Assembly (NCBI GenBank): GCA_965213835.1 | Contig: OZ243923.1 | Location: 1,845,518-1,909,517, forward strand | Source: an uncultured Granulicella sp. | Lineage (GTDB): Bacteria; Acidobacteriota; Terriglobia; Terriglobales; Acidobacteriaceae | DNA length: 64,000 bases | Direction: 5' to 3' | Shown here: in pieces, positions 10,066-20,589 of the stretch | Layout: every line of letters begins with the position of its first letter | Position numbering within the stretch: the first letter of the stretch is position 1 | Notes under the pieces: model-generated | Told to the model about the DNA's origin: nothing | The model's input: the letters and a program-made list of their open reading frames with translations, nothing else | Databases searched by the model: none | Made by a program: the position numbers and the translations under genes

Positions 10066-11613
10066 CTACAGCTTACGCCATTTCCGCCCATCCGATTTGA
10101 GCATCGCGTCCGAGGCGGACGGTCCCCAGGTGCCGGCTGGGTAGTTGGGGAAGTCGTCGACCGGCTTGCTCGCCCAATTCTCAAGGATCGGCGTCATCAG
10201 CGCCCAGGTCGCCTCTACCCCGTCGCGATGCGCGAACAACGTTCCGTCACCCAGCATTGCGTCCAACAGCAGCCGCTCATATCCATTGGCGGACGATGCT
10301 CCAAAGGCTTCGGCATAGCTGAAGTTCATGTTCACCTGGCCGATGCTCATGCTCGGCCCAGGAATCTTGGCACCAAAACGCAGAGTGATACCTTCATCCG
10401 GCTGAATCCGCATCGAGATGACGTTGGAGCGCACCCCTTCCCCGCCCTTGCCTGCCTCATCCTTGAAGATGTGCAGCGGCGGCTGTTTGAACTGAATCGT
10501 AATCTCGGTCAGGCGCTTCGTCATACGCTTGCCGGCGCGGATGTAAAATGGCACCCCGGCCCAGCGCCAGTTCTCGATCTCCAGTCGGAGCGCCGCATAG
10601 GTTTCTGTCTGCGACTGCGGATTGACCCGGTCTTCCTGCCGGTAGCCCGGGATCTGCTTGCCGTTGACGGTGCCCGGACCGTATTGGCCGCGTACGGTGT
10701 CATCCGGGCGAATCGGTGTAATCGACTTCCACACCTTGATCTTCTCCGCGCGGACCGCGTCGGCTTCAAAGCTGACCGGAGGCTCCATGGCAACGAAGGA
10801 AAGCAGCTCCATGACATGGTTTTGCACCACGTCCCGCAGCGCCCCGGCAGTCTCGTAGAACGGTCCCCGTCCTTCGATACCGATCGCCTCGGCCGCCGTG
10901 ATCTCCACGTGATCGATGTAGTTGCGGTTCCAGACATTTTCAAAGATGCCGTTGGCGAACCGGAACACCAAGATGTTCTGCACGGTCTCTTTACCCAAAT
11001 AATGGTCGATGCGAAAGATCTGGTCTTCATGGAAGACCTCGTTCACATCGTCGTTCAGCGCGCGCGCACTCTCGAGGTCGTGCCCGAACGGCTTCTCGAT
11101 GATGGTCCTGACCCAGGAGCCAGGTTTATCTGCTGCGGGCTTGTTCATCTCATGCCGACCCAGCGCGTTGATGATGTCGGCGAAATACTCCGGTGCGGTA
11201 GCCAGGTAAAACAGCCGGTTGCCCTTCGTGCCGGACTTCTGGTCAAGAGACGCGAGCAGATCCTTCAAACCCGCATATGCCGCGTCGTCATCGAAATTCA
11301 TAGCGAAATACTGGATCTTGCCGACAAACGGAGCTAGCGCCTCCTCGTCTTCCTTCACGCCGCCCCCGGCGATGATGCCTTCCCGCATGTCCGGAGCAAA
11401 TGAACTTTCGAGCGGCCGGCGGGCTACGCCGACCACCGAGATCTCCTTTGGCAACAGTCCCGCCTGCTCCAGGTGATACAAGGCTGGAAGCAGCTTGCGC
11501 TTGGTCAGGTCGCCAGAGGCTCCAAAGATTACGACGACACATGGGTCTGGCTTGCGCTCCTTCTGCTGCGAAACAGGAGCGGCGGGCGAGGCTTTCACTT
11601 CGGGCGTTGGCAT
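10066..11613 (-). CDS. zwf: Glucose-6-phosphate 1-dehydrogenase
   Basis: GASGDLTKRKL, EKPFG, RIDHYLGKETVQN, RWAGVPFY. Confidence 0.97.
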   Translation of the reverse strand: MPTPEVKASPAAPVSQQKERKPDPCVVVIFGASGDLTKRKLLPALYHLEQAGLLPKEISVVGVARRPLESSFAPDMREGIIAGGGVKEDEEALAPFVGKIQYFAMNFDDDAAYAGLKDLLASLDQKSGTKGNRLFYLATAPEYFADIINALGRHEMNKPAADKPGSWVRTIIEKPFGHDLESARALNDDVNEVFHEDQIFRIDHYLGKETVQNILVFRFANGIFENVWNRNYIDHVEITAAEAIGIEGRGPFYETAGALRDVVQNHVMELLSFVAMEPPVSFEADAVRAEKIKVWKSITPIRPDDTVRGQYGPGTVNGKQIPGYRQEDRVNPQSQTETYAALRLEIENWRWAGVPFYIRAGKRMTKRLTEITIQFKQPPLHIFKDEAGKGGEGVRSNVISMRIQPDEGITLRFGAKIPGPSMSIGQVNMNFSYAEAFGASSANGYERLLLDAMLGDGTLFAHRDGVEATWALMTPILENWASKPVDDFPNYPAGTWGPSASDAMLKSDGRKWRKL

Positions 11614-11667
11614 AGGTGTCCTCGTGCAAAATATTAAGGGACGATGTGACAGCGTTGTAGGACCAGA

Positions 11668-12579
11668 CTAGCTGGTCTTGATCGCATGGCCACCGAACTC
11701 GTTGCGCATGATCGAAATCATGCGGTCTGTGAAGTTGTTCTGTTCGCGCGAACGCAGACGGCGAATCAGGCTTTCCGTAATCACCGGAGCGGAGACGTTC
11801 AGGTCGATTGCCTCAAACACTGTCCAGCGCCCTTCGCCGGAGTCGGCCACGTACGCTTCCATGCCGTCCAGTGTCGGGTTCTTCTTGAGAGCATCCGCAG
11901 TGAGGTCGAGCAGCCAGGAACGCACCACCGAGCCCTTCTGCCAGATCGTCGCAACCTGCTCAAGATCGAGATTCATGTCCGTCTTGGCGCGCAAAATGGA
12001 AAAGCCTTCAGCGTAGGCCTGCATCAATCCATACTCGATGCCGTTATGCACCATCTTGACAAAGTGTCCCGCGCCGGACGGCCCCACATGCCCCCAGCCT
12101 GTCGTCGGGCTCGGCGCAAGTGCCTCAAAGATCGGGTTCAGTCGATCGACGGCTTCCGTATCGCCGCCGATCATCAGCGAGTAGCCCTCCTTCAGGCCCC
12201 ACACGCCTCCGCTGGTACCTGCGTCGATATAGTTGAAGCCCTTGTCAATTGCCGCCGCGTGACGGCGTTGGGTGTCTTTATAGTTCGAATTACCGCCATC
12301 GATGAAAGTATCGCCTTTGCTCATCAACGGTTCGAGCTTGGCGATCGTTTCGTCGACCGGCGCGCCGGCCGGCACCATGAGCCAGATCGCCCGGGGTGCC
12401 TGCAGGTTTTTGACCAGATCCTCGAGCGAGGTCACGCCCACATTGCCCGCGTCAGAGACCTTCTTCACGGCGTCGGCGCTGAAATCGAAGCCTACGACCT
12501 TGTGCCCCGCAAGGCGCAGGCGCTCCGACATGAAGAAACCCATCTTGCCCAGACCGATGATTCCAAGTTCCATTGTCAT
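11668..12579 (-). CDS. gnd: 6-phosphogluconate dehydrogenase, decarboxylating (short form)
   Basis: GLGKMG, MVPAG, DGGNS, GTSGG, KMVHNGIEYG, DSGEGRW. Confidence 0.95.
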   Translation of the reverse strand: MTMELGIIGLGKMGFFMSERLRLAGHKVVGFDFSADAVKKVSDAGNVGVTSLEDLVKNLQAPRAIWLMVPAGAPVDETIAKLEPLMSKGDTFIDGGNSNYKDTQRRHAAAIDKGFNYIDAGTSGGVWGLKEGYSLMIGGDTEAVDRLNPIFEALAPSPTTGWGHVGPSGAGHFVKMVHNGIEYGLMQAYAEGFSILRAKTDMNLDLEQVATIWQKGSVVRSWLLDLTADALKKNPTLDGMEAYVADSGEGRWTVFEAIDLNVSAPVITESLIRRLRSREQNNFTDRMISIMRNEFGGHAIKTS

Positions 12580-12588
12580 TCTCCCTTG

Positions 12589-13209
12589 CTAACTTACGTA
12601 AATGTCATAGCCGGCAAGCGCTTCACACAGCTGGCCGGGACTTTGAAACTGAATCGCCTGCATCCCGAGTTCGCGGGCCGCAGCGCAGTTCTCCAACTTA
12701 TCGTCGATGAATAGTGCCGTCCGGGCCTCAAAGCCTGAGATGTCAATGGCCGACCGGTAGATGCCGGGCATGGGCTTCATCTCATGGAGATACCCGGAGC
12801 AGATAAAGTAGTCGAACAGGGAGCGCAGCTTGAAGGCGTCCAGGCGATGCTCGTTCAACTCTCGACTTTCATTGTTCAGCGTAGCCAGCCGCAGACGTCC
12901 TTGGCGCTTCAACTCGGCCAGTATGTCCAGGCACTCGGGGTGCAGTACCTTGGACTGCGCACAAACCTGCTTCCAGAGCAAGTCGAAGGTAAGATCCAGC
13001 TGCGGATTCGGCATCAGCACCGTTTGATTGAAGAAATCGCGAGCGGTGATCAGGCCCCGTTCCCAGTAGTAGTTGGCGCGCTCATGCACCTCTTCATAGC
13101 GGGCCAGGTCGATGCCAAGGCGACCCAGGACAGAACCGCGCTGGACTGTGTCCCAGCCATTGGTCAGGACGACGCCGCCAAGATCCCAGAAGAGGGTACG
13201 GATGTTCAT
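12589..13209 (-). CDS. HAD-family phosphatase
   Basis: FWDLGGV motif I, NNE, MKP, FIDD motif IV; start overlaps the SDR stop. Confidence 0.8.
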   Translation of the reverse strand: MNIRTLFWDLGGVVLTNGWDTVQRGSVLGRLGIDLARYEEVHERANYYWERGLITARDFFNQTVLMPNPQLDLTFDLLWKQVCAQSKVLHPECLDILAELKRQGRLRLATLNNESRELNEHRLDAFKLRSLFDYFICSGYLHEMKPMPGIYRSAIDISGFEARTALFIDDKLENCAAARELGMQAIQFQSPGQLCEALAGYDIYVS

Positions 13210-14078
13210 CGGGCGGCAACCCCCGCTTCGTCGGGCGGGTAGTCGGTGCCGAGCGCGATCTCACGGGTAGATTCTAGATCGCGGTGCCACAGATCAAGCC
13301 GGGCCTGCATGCGATCAAAGGCCTGCTTGCCCAGTACCAGGTGACGTGGCGGCTCGGGTGACGCCACAGCGTTGATGATCGCCTTGGCTGCCCGGACTGG
13401 ATCGCCGGCCTGTTTGCCCGCCTGCGTCTCAAAATAGGTGCGGCTTTTCCCGGCGGACTGCTTGTACTCGTGGATCTGGTGCGCGGCCACCGTGGCGGAG
13501 CGTCCAAGGAAATCCGTGCGAAACGGGCCCGGCTCCACGATCGTGACATGCACGCCAAGCGGCTCCATCTCGCCCGCAAGCGCTTCGCTCAGTCCATTCA
13601 CCGCAAACTTGCTCGCGTTGTAATACCCGACGCCGGGCGTGCCGATCAGTCCACCGATCGACGACAGGTTGACAATATTGCCGGAACGCCGTTCGCGAAA
13701 CTGCGGAAGCAGCGCACGCGTCACACGCAGCAGACCGAAGACGTTGGTATCGAACATAAGAAGGAACTCTTCTTCCGACACCTCCTCAATGGCTCCGGAG
13801 ACGCCATAGCCGGCGTTATTGACCAGCACATCCACATGCCCGAACTGCCCCATCGCCGCAGCCACGGCCTGCTCGATCGAATCCTGATCGGTAACATCCA
13901 GCGCAACCGCGAGGCAGTGATCCGGGTACTCTCCTGCCAGTTCTTCCAGCTGCTCGGGCTGACGCGCAGTGGCAACAACCCTGGCACCACTGGCCAGAAG
14001 TTGCACGGCCAGTTCGCGGCCAAAGCCCGTGGAACACCCTGTAATGAACCAGACCTTCTCTACCTGCTCGTCGCTCAT
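13206..14078 (-). CDS. Short-chain dehydrogenase/reductase
   Basis: TGCSTGFG, NNAG, YNASK. Confidence 0.9.
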   Translation of the reverse strand: MSDEQVEKVWFITGCSTGFGRELAVQLLASGARVVATARQPEQLEELAGEYPDHCLAVALDVTDQDSIEQAVAAAMGQFGHVDVLVNNAGYGVSGAIEEVSEEEFLLMFDTNVFGLLRVTRALLPQFRERRSGNIVNLSSIGGLIGTPGVGYYNASKFAVNGLSEALAGEMEPLGVHVTIVEPGPFRTDFLGRSATVAAHQIHEYKQSAGKSRTYFETQAGKQAGDPVRAAKAIINAVASPEPPRHLVLGKQAFDRMQARLDLWHRDLESTREIALGTDYPPDEAGVAAR

Positions 14079-14084
14079 GCGTAC

Positions 14085-14792
14085 TCAGATGCTTTCTTTG
14101 ACAGGGAGATGCGTGGATTCCGGAGTGAGTTCGGTGACGCCGCCTTCGCCGCCCACCAGGGCCAGGGTACTCATGCCAAGAAAAAGGCCGTGCTCGACCA
14201 CCCCCACGATCCGGCGAATCTCGGCCGCGGTCTCGACCGGGTCCGGAATCGTTCCGCAGACGCAGTCGAGGATATAGTTGCCCTCGTCGGTCAGGTACAG
14301 AGCATCCCCGCGACGGCGCAGAATCGGGTTGAGCCCAAGTGCAGCCAACCGGGGTTCCACCAGGGGAAGCGCCATCTTGACAACCTCAACCGGAAGCGGA
14401 AAGCGGCCCAGCCGGGGAACGACCTTGGTGGAGTCCACCACGACCACAAACAGGTCGGCCGCGCTAGCAACAATCTTTTCTCGCAGCAATGCTCCCCCGC
14501 CACCCTTGATGAGCGCAAGCCCCGGGCCCACTTCATCCGCGCCATCGATATACAGGTCCAGATGTGGAAGCTCGGCAAGCGTGGCGACCCGCATGCCGAG
14601 CGAACGGCCCAGCGACTCGCTAGCGTCAGACGAGGCGACGCAGCGAATCTGCAAACCTTCGCTGACACGTGCTGCGAGTGCACGGATGAACAGGGTCGAG
14701 GTCGTACCCGTGCCGAGTCCGACGGCCATGCCGTCCTCGACCAGGCCAACCGCCCGTTCTGCTACCAGCGCCTTGGCTTCGTCCTGCGTCAT
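14085..14792 (-). CDS. rpiA: Ribose-5-phosphate isomerase A
   Basis: GLGTGTT, DGADEV, KGGGGALLREK, PLPVEV, GVVEHGLF. Confidence 0.95.
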   Translation of the reverse strand: MTQDEAKALVAERAVGLVEDGMAVGLGTGTTSTLFIRALAARVSEGLQIRCVASSDASESLGRSLGMRVATLAELPHLDLYIDGADEVGPGLALIKGGGGALLREKIVASAADLFVVVVDSTKVVPRLGRFPLPVEVVKMALPLVEPRLAALGLNPILRRRGDALYLTDEGNYILDCVCGTIPDPVETAAEIRRIVGVVEHGLFLGMSTLALVGGEGGVTELTPESTHLPVKESI

Positions 14793-14927
14793 CTAGTCTT
14801 CATTCCATTCGTCCGGGTCCGGCGGTACGGAATCTTCGTAGGTGGGCTGCAGCGAGGTAAACCGCTCCTCAGGGCTGACTGGCTCAGGTTCCGGCTTACG
14901 GACCATCGCGCGTTCGCTTTCGACCAT
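14793..14927 (-). CDS. Small acidic hypothetical protein (44 aa)
   Basis: MVESERAMVRKPEPEPVSPEERFTSLQPTYEDSVPPDPDEWNED; GGAG just upstream of ATG 14927; stop abuts the rpiA start. Confidence 0.45.
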   Translation of the reverse strand: MVESERAMVRKPEPEPVSPEERFTSLQPTYEDSVPPDPDEWNED

Positions 14928-14974
14928 GCGTCTCTCCGGGCAAGAGCGGAGCTCGCTTGAGCTCCGCCGAATCG

Positions 14975-16969
14975 TTATTTCTTCACCAGCGACTTTGCGG
15001 CATCCACTACGTGCTGCACCGAAATGCCGAGCTTTTCCAGCGCGATCGGACCCGGAGCCGAAGCGCCGAAGCGGTCGATGCCAATCGTGATGCCATCGCG
15101 TCCCACGTACTTCCACCAGCCCATGGTCGCGCCGGCTTCACACGAAATCTTGGGCACGCCGTGCGGGAAGATGCTCATTTTGTAAGCCTCCTCCTGCTCC
15201 TCGAAGATGGCGAACGATGGCATGGACACCACTGTTGCGCCGATTCCCTCTTCCTTGAGCTTCGCCGCGGCTTCCAGAATAGTCGACACCTCCGAGCCGG
15301 TGGCGACCAGAATGACATCCTTCCCGGAGTCGTCGAGGACATAAGCTCCTTTGCGCGTCCCCTCGGCGACGTTATATTTCTTGGCGTCCAGCACGGGCAG
15401 GTCCTGCCGGCTGAGTGCCATGAAGCAGGCCGAGTGGCGCTCAAGCGCGAGACGCCAGCAGGCGGCAGTCTCGTTGGCATCGGCCGGGCGGAAATCGGTG
15501 AGCTGCGGGATGGCGCGGAGAGCCATCAGGTGCTCGATGGGCTGATGGGTCGGGCCGTCCTCGCCGAGGCCCACCGAGTCATGGGTGAAGATGTAAAGCG
15601 AATGCGAGCTTTGCAGTGCGCCCATGCGCAGGGCGGAGCGGCAATAGTCGGAGAAGGTGAAGAAGGTGCTGCCGAACGGGATGATGCCGCCATGCGCGCT
15701 CATGCCGTTGACCGCGGCCATCATACCGAACTCGCGCACCCCGAAGTACACGTTGCGTCCCTTGGGGTCGAGATGAAAGTTGCCGGAATCCTTGAAGATG
15801 GTCTTGGTGGAGCTGGTCAGGTCGGCCGCGCCGCCAAACAACTCGGGCACCTCCTTCATGATCGCGTTCATCACGACCTGGCCGGCGTTCCGCGTCGCCA
15901 CCGGCTTGTCGGTCGGGAAGACCGGAAGCGATTTCTCCCATCCTTCCTTGAGCTTCATCGACGTGCGGCGGTCGTACTCTTCGCCCAGCTCGGGATAAGC
16001 CTTCTTGTATTCGGCGTAGGTCTTTTCCCACTTCTCCTGCTCGGTCTTGCCCTTTTCCTTGCACTTGTCCCAGTTCGCCTTTGCGGCCTCGGGAATAAAG
16101 AAGGTCGGCTCCTGCGGCCAGTTCAGGTTCTCCTTGGTCTCCTTCAATGCGGTCCCGCCCAGCGCTTCCCCGTGAACTGCCTTGGTCCCGGCCTTGGGGC
16201 TTCCGTATCCGATCACGGTGCGCAAACGGATCAGTGACGGCCTGGTCGTCTCCGCCTTGGCATTCTCGATGGCTTTCTCAATCGCCCCGAGGTCGTTGCC
16301 GTCATCAACCATCTGCACGTGCCAGTGATAGGCCTCAAAGCGCTTCGTCACATCTTCGGTAAACGATAGATCGGTGGGTCCGTCCAGTGAGATCAGGTTG
16401 TCGTCGTACAGCACAACCAGCTTGCCCAGCTTGAGCGTGCCGGCCAGCGAGCAGCTCTCGTGCGAGATGCCTTCCATCAGGTCGCCGTCGCCGCACAAGA
16501 CGTAGGTATGGTGGTCGACCGGCGTGTGGTTGTCGTGGTTGAACTCGGCCGCGAGATGCTTCTCTGCAATCGCAAGACCTACAGCCTCCGCCAGACCCTG
16601 CCCGAGCGGGCCCGTGGTGACCTCGACTCCCGGGGTCTCACCGTACTCCGGGTGACCCGGAGTATGCGATCCCCACTGCCGGAACTGCTTGAGCTGGTCC
16701 AGCGGCAGGTCAAAACCGGCCAGATGCAGGGCACCATACAACATCGCAGAGGCATGGCCGTTCGACAGCACAAATCGGTCTCGATCGCTCCACTTCGGGT
16801 CCAGCGGGTTGTACTTCATGATCTTCGTGTACAGAAGATAGACGGCGGGCGAACAGCCGAGTGGAGCGCCGGGATGGCCGGATTTGGCCTTCTCCACCGC
16901 GTCCACGGCAAGGAAGCGAAGAGTATTGATCGAAAGCTGGTCGAGGTCCTGCTGCGTCTGGTCGCTCAT
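14975..16969 (-). CDS. tkt: Transketolase
   Basis: SGHPG, RDRFVLSNGH, TPGHPE, TTGPLGQG, GDGDLMEG, GEDGPTHQP; start set at MSDQT. Confidence 0.97.
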   Translation of the reverse strand: MSDQTQQDLDQLSINTLRFLAVDAVEKAKSGHPGAPLGCSPAVYLLYTKIMKYNPLDPKWSDRDRFVLSNGHASAMLYGALHLAGFDLPLDQLKQFRQWGSHTPGHPEYGETPGVEVTTGPLGQGLAEAVGLAIAEKHLAAEFNHDNHTPVDHHTYVLCGDGDLMEGISHESCSLAGTLKLGKLVVLYDDNLISLDGPTDLSFTEDVTKRFEAYHWHVQMVDDGNDLGAIEKAIENAKAETTRPSLIRLRTVIGYGSPKAGTKAVHGEALGGTALKETKENLNWPQEPTFFIPEAAKANWDKCKEKGKTEQEKWEKTYAEYKKAYPELGEEYDRRTSMKLKEGWEKSLPVFPTDKPVATRNAGQVVMNAIMKEVPELFGGAADLTSSTKTIFKDSGNFHLDPKGRNVYFGVREFGMMAAVNGMSAHGGIIPFGSTFFTFSDYCRSALRMGALQSSHSLYIFTHDSVGLGEDGPTHQPIEHLMALRAIPQLTDFRPADANETAACWRLALERHSACFMALSRQDLPVLDAKKYNVAEGTRKGAYVLDDSGKDVILVATGSEVSTILEAAAKLKEEGIGATVVSMPSFAIFEEQEEAYKMSIFPHGVPKISCEAGATMGWWKYVGRDGITIGIDRFGASAPGPIALEKLGISVQHVVDAAKSLVKK

Positions 16970-17137
16970 GCGGGTGTGTTCTTCCTTATCCTTCACTCAG
17001 TGTTGGTGCGCGTGGGCACCGTTCAAGCCAGGGCGCCATCGAATCTGTTCCCCTAGTGTACAAGCCGCGCAGGCCGGAGCAAACCGCATCCGGCCGAAGC
17101 GCGATTGAAATGTTCCCGGCGGCTTCGATTCGCCGAT

Positions 17138-19633
17138 TCAGGACTGCGGCCTGGAGCCCGCCGGCATCGTCTCAGGCGCACTTGGTCTCACCTCCACGCG
17201 ATAGTTGTGGCCCAGCCAGCGATCCGGCGACTCCGCGGTCGCTGTCCAGTGCAGTGTGAACTCCAGCCAGGCATGTACCTCCGGCATGGCAAGATCGGCG
17301 TAAAAGCCGGAGTAACCCACGGGCTTGCTGACTGCGGTGGCCTGTGTCTTCCAGCCGTCCAGCGTGTACTCCAGTTCAAAGCTGTGCTCATCGCCAACCC
17401 GCAGCGTGAAGCCGGACGGGACCGTCAGCAAAGGCCGGTTGACCCGGAAGATCTCCACCATATTGCGAAAGGTGCGCGTTCCGGGCGCGGCGGCGTAGCG
17501 CTCCTCAACCACCGAAATCGTGTCGAAAATCTTCCCGTCCGAAACGGAACGGAGCAGCTTCAGGTACTCCGCGTGCGCCCACACCAAGGGCTGCGCGGAC
17601 CCTGCGGAACGTCCGCAGTACAGGCCGGCGGCGGGCATATCCTCGTGGTCCCACACCTGCTCGGGAAGCATGCCGCCGACCGAGGAGAACTTTTCATAGG
17701 TGCTGATCAGCGGCTTGACATCGATCCCCGCGGCTAGCTCGAAGTGCGCCCGTTCGCCGCCCAGCAGCGGCCAGCACCGTCCTTGACCCCAGCCTTCGTA
17801 GGGGCCTCCATCTTTCTTCTGTCCATAGCCGTCATGGTTGTAGCGTCGCCAGGCGGGCCCGTACGGAGTGCTGTACTTCAGGCAGTGATCCACCACCTTG
17901 AGCGATTCCAGGATTAATGGATCGTCCGCCCGGCGCACACCGTAGCGCACCAGTTCCAGGAATCCCTGGTCGATGATCTCCCGCGCGTCGAAGTCGGCCT
18001 GCTCATCCGGTCCGCGGTTGGCAAGGTGAATAAACCCGGGAGCAAGCGCCGGGTTGTGGAACGGCTCGCCCTCCGCGGGCGGACGAATCCGCATGTAGTG
18101 ACGCTTTACCCCATCCAGCAGCACGCCGTCCTCGGTCGTGGTCCACTCATCCAGGTGGCTTTCAATCCAGTCCGCATAGGTTTCGAGAAAACCCGCCAGT
18201 TCCGTCGCTCCGGAAGATTTGACCAGGTCCGCCGCGCACAGCAGCCCGGAAATCACAGCCGCCAGCGTGGACGGTGAGTATCCCGCGTTCTCCTCCCACC
18301 GCTCCTGCTGCGTGATCGGCGCGTATTTGATCAGGAACGACGCGGCCCGAGTCACAAACGGAATAACATCGAAGCCGTCCAGCCCGTTCAGCTTCCAAAG
18401 TCTCCAGGCAAGCATGATCGGAAACGCAACTTCATCGAGCTGGATCCCCGACCAGTAGCTTGCGCCATCGACCCAGAAGTTTTGCGCGAATCCCCCGTCC
18501 GGATGCTGCGTGCACGCCAGGTAGATCAGCGCACGCAGAGCATTCTCGGTGCGTCCGCAGGCCAGCAGCGCCGTGGCCGACTGCACCATATCCCGTGTCC
18601 AGACCAGGTGGTAGCCGCCCAGGTCGTCATCACCCTTGGACGCTCCCCACGGAATCGAAGCCGAAGCAATAAACGCCCCCGCGAATCGCTTATCTTCATG
18701 CGCATAAATCACCGAGTGACTGGTGCGCGAAAGCTTGCCTCCGTCCATCGACGACGAGTCGAACTGCAGCGGCGCGACGGCGCGGTGCCACTGCTCGATG
18801 TACCGCGAACGATGCGAGGTATAGGGAGAGGAAACAGACTGGATCATCGTCGAAATGGCCGCATGATGTCCTTCCCCGAGCCCGATCGCCACGGTGAACT
18901 CCCGGTTCGAGCCGACGGGAATCTCTCCCATGCAGGCAAGATTTCCCTCCGTTGCCTCGCCGAACTGCCAGGTCATCCTGCGATGCTGCATCAGGTCCTG
19001 ATATCCATCGCTCGAACCCACATACCCGCAGGAACTCCGTGTGAATCCGCAGGAAACCCCGAGCGCAAGCGAAATGCCGTTCTTCCACGCCAGCAGGATG
19101 CGCGATCCGGCAATATCGACTGACCGCGCATTATTCCCCGCGCCGCCGCCATCGAGGTGCGGTGCCATCAAAACGTAGCACTTTAGCTTGTTCAGCAACG
19201 CCTCCTCGCCGGAGATCTTCACATTCATCAGCACCACAGGATGGTGCGGGTCGGAGATAAACTCCTTGGTGACCGTGTAGCGGCCGTCCAGGTCGGAAGC
19301 CGTGACCCGGCAGGCGAGCGTATCCGGATCGATGTAGTCGAAGCTGTACTCGAAATCGCGCTTTTCCTCGTGGAAAAAGGTCTCCTCGTCGGTGAACAGC
19401 AGTTCCATGTCGCGCATCTGCGGTCGGTCGATGGTGGGAAAATAGACCTCGTTCATGGTTCCGTGCGAGACCGTGAACCAGATGCGGCTGGAGGCCGAGT
19501 AGGCGGTCGAAACCGCATCTTTCTGACTGGAGGTCCAGCGCGGAGGTAGCCCGGGAGCTCCAAAAGCAGGACCATCGTCTATCAGCCAGCGATAGTCGTT
19601 GAGCGCGGCGGGAGGTGCCACATTAGCGTTCAT
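17138..19633 (-). CDS. Glycoside hydrolase family 15 (glucoamylase/glucodextranase-like)
   Basis: AFGAPG..PRWTSSQK N-terminal domain, ASIPWG, YHLVWTRD, QLDE, QERWEE, LPEQVW, PLVWAHAEY; start set at MNANV. Confidence 0.88.
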   Translation of the reverse strand: MNANVAPPAALNDYRWLIDDGPAFGAPGLPPRWTSSQKDAVSTAYSASSRIWFTVSHGTMNEVYFPTIDRPQMRDMELLFTDEETFFHEEKRDFEYSFDYIDPDTLACRVTASDLDGRYTVTKEFISDPHHPVVLMNVKISGEEALLNKLKCYVLMAPHLDGGGAGNNARSVDIAGSRILLAWKNGISLALGVSCGFTRSSCGYVGSSDGYQDLMQHRRMTWQFGEATEGNLACMGEIPVGSNREFTVAIGLGEGHHAAISTMIQSVSSPYTSHRSRYIEQWHRAVAPLQFDSSSMDGGKLSRTSHSVIYAHEDKRFAGAFIASASIPWGASKGDDDLGGYHLVWTRDMVQSATALLACGRTENALRALIYLACTQHPDGGFAQNFWVDGASYWSGIQLDEVAFPIMLAWRLWKLNGLDGFDVIPFVTRAASFLIKYAPITQQERWEENAGYSPSTLAAVISGLLCAADLVKSSGATELAGFLETYADWIESHLDEWTTTEDGVLLDGVKRHYMRIRPPAEGEPFHNPALAPGFIHLANRGPDEQADFDAREIIDQGFLELVRYGVRRADDPLILESLKVVDHCLKYSTPYGPAWRRYNHDGYGQKKDGGPYEGWGQGRCWPLLGGERAHFELAAGIDVKPLISTYEKFSSVGGMLPEQVWDHEDMPAAGLYCGRSAGSAQPLVWAHAEYLKLLRSVSDGKIFDTISVVEERYAAAPGTRTFRNMVEIFRVNRPLLTVPSGFTLRVGDEHSFELEYTLDGWKTQATAVSKPVGYSGFYADLAMPEVHAWLEFTLHWTATAESPDRWLGHNYRVEVRPSAPETMPAGSRPQS

Positions 19634-19797
19634 GTTTCTACTCTGATTCAAAAATCGGGTGCGGAGCCGTCCGGCATCGGCAGGGCAACAACTTTGACAT
19701 CGGAACGGCGGGTCGGCGCATCTGAACCTTCGTACCGCGCGGACCTCGCGCCCGAATCGCGGAATTCCCAAACCGCTGAAATCCAAGGAGACTCACC

Positions 19798-20409
19798 GTG
19801 GCCTTTGAAGTTCCCCCCCTGCCCTACGCCTACGACGCGCTCGAGCCCTACATCGATGAAGCGACCATGAAGCTGCACCACGACAAGCACCACCAGGCTT
19901 ATGTCACCAACCTGAACGGCGCGGTGGAAAAGTACCCGGACCTGGGGAAGAAAACTCCGGAAGAGCTCCTGAAAGACCTGTCTTCCGTTCCCGAGGAGGT
20001 CCGCACCGTAGTCAAAAACAACGGCGGCGGCCACGTAAACCACACCATGTTTTGGGAGATCATGAAACCCGGCGGAGGCGGCGAGCCGTCCGGCATGCTC
20101 CAGGAACAGATCAAGCAGGACTTCGGCTCCTTTGAAGAGTTCAAGAAAAAGTTCAACGAAACCGCCGCCAAGCAGTTCGGCTCCGGCTGGGGATGGCTGG
20201 TGTGGAAGGGCGGCAAGCTGGAAATCATTTCGCTTCCCAACCAGGATTCGCCCCTCTCGCAGGGCCTGTATCCCATCCTGGGCAATGACGTCTGGGAGCA
20301 CGCCTACTACCTGAAATATCAGAACAAGCGGCCCGACTACCTCTCAGCCTGGTGGAATACCGTAAACTGGCAAGAGATCAACAAGCGCTTCGACGCGGCC
20401 AAGAAGTAA
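19798..20409 (+). CDS. sodA: Superoxide dismutase, Fe/Mn family (Mn-type signature)
   Basis: [34 protein letters not shown]. Confidence 0.95.
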   Translation: MAFEVPPLPYAYDALEPYIDEATMKLHHDKHHQAYVTNLNGAVEKYPDLGKKTPEELLKDLSSVPEEVRTVVKNNGGGHVNHTMFWEIMKPGGGGEPSGMLQEQIKQDFGSFEEFKKKFNETAAKQFGSGWGWLVWKGGKLEIISLPNQDSPLSQGLYPILGNDVWEHAYYLKYQNKRPDYLSAWWNTVNWQEINKRFDAAKK

Positions 20410-20414
20410 GCACC

Positions 20415-20434
20415 GGGCGACCTTCGGGTCGCCC
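20415..20434 (+). terminator. GC-rich hairpin after sodA (possible terminator)
   Basis: gggcgacc-ttcg-ggtcgccc perfect 8-bp stem with UUCG loop; weak U-tract. Confidence 0.55.
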
Positions 20435-20589
20435 TCCGCTGTTTCTCCAGGTTCGCACTTCATCTGCTGAAAACCGGCGATCTTCACGATAGCGTCCTCC
20501 AGGTCGGTCGGCACGTCTCAAGACTGATCCAGACAATCCCCGTATCTTGCAGGGGAATACAGCCCCGATCCAGAGGACGTTGACACCGC

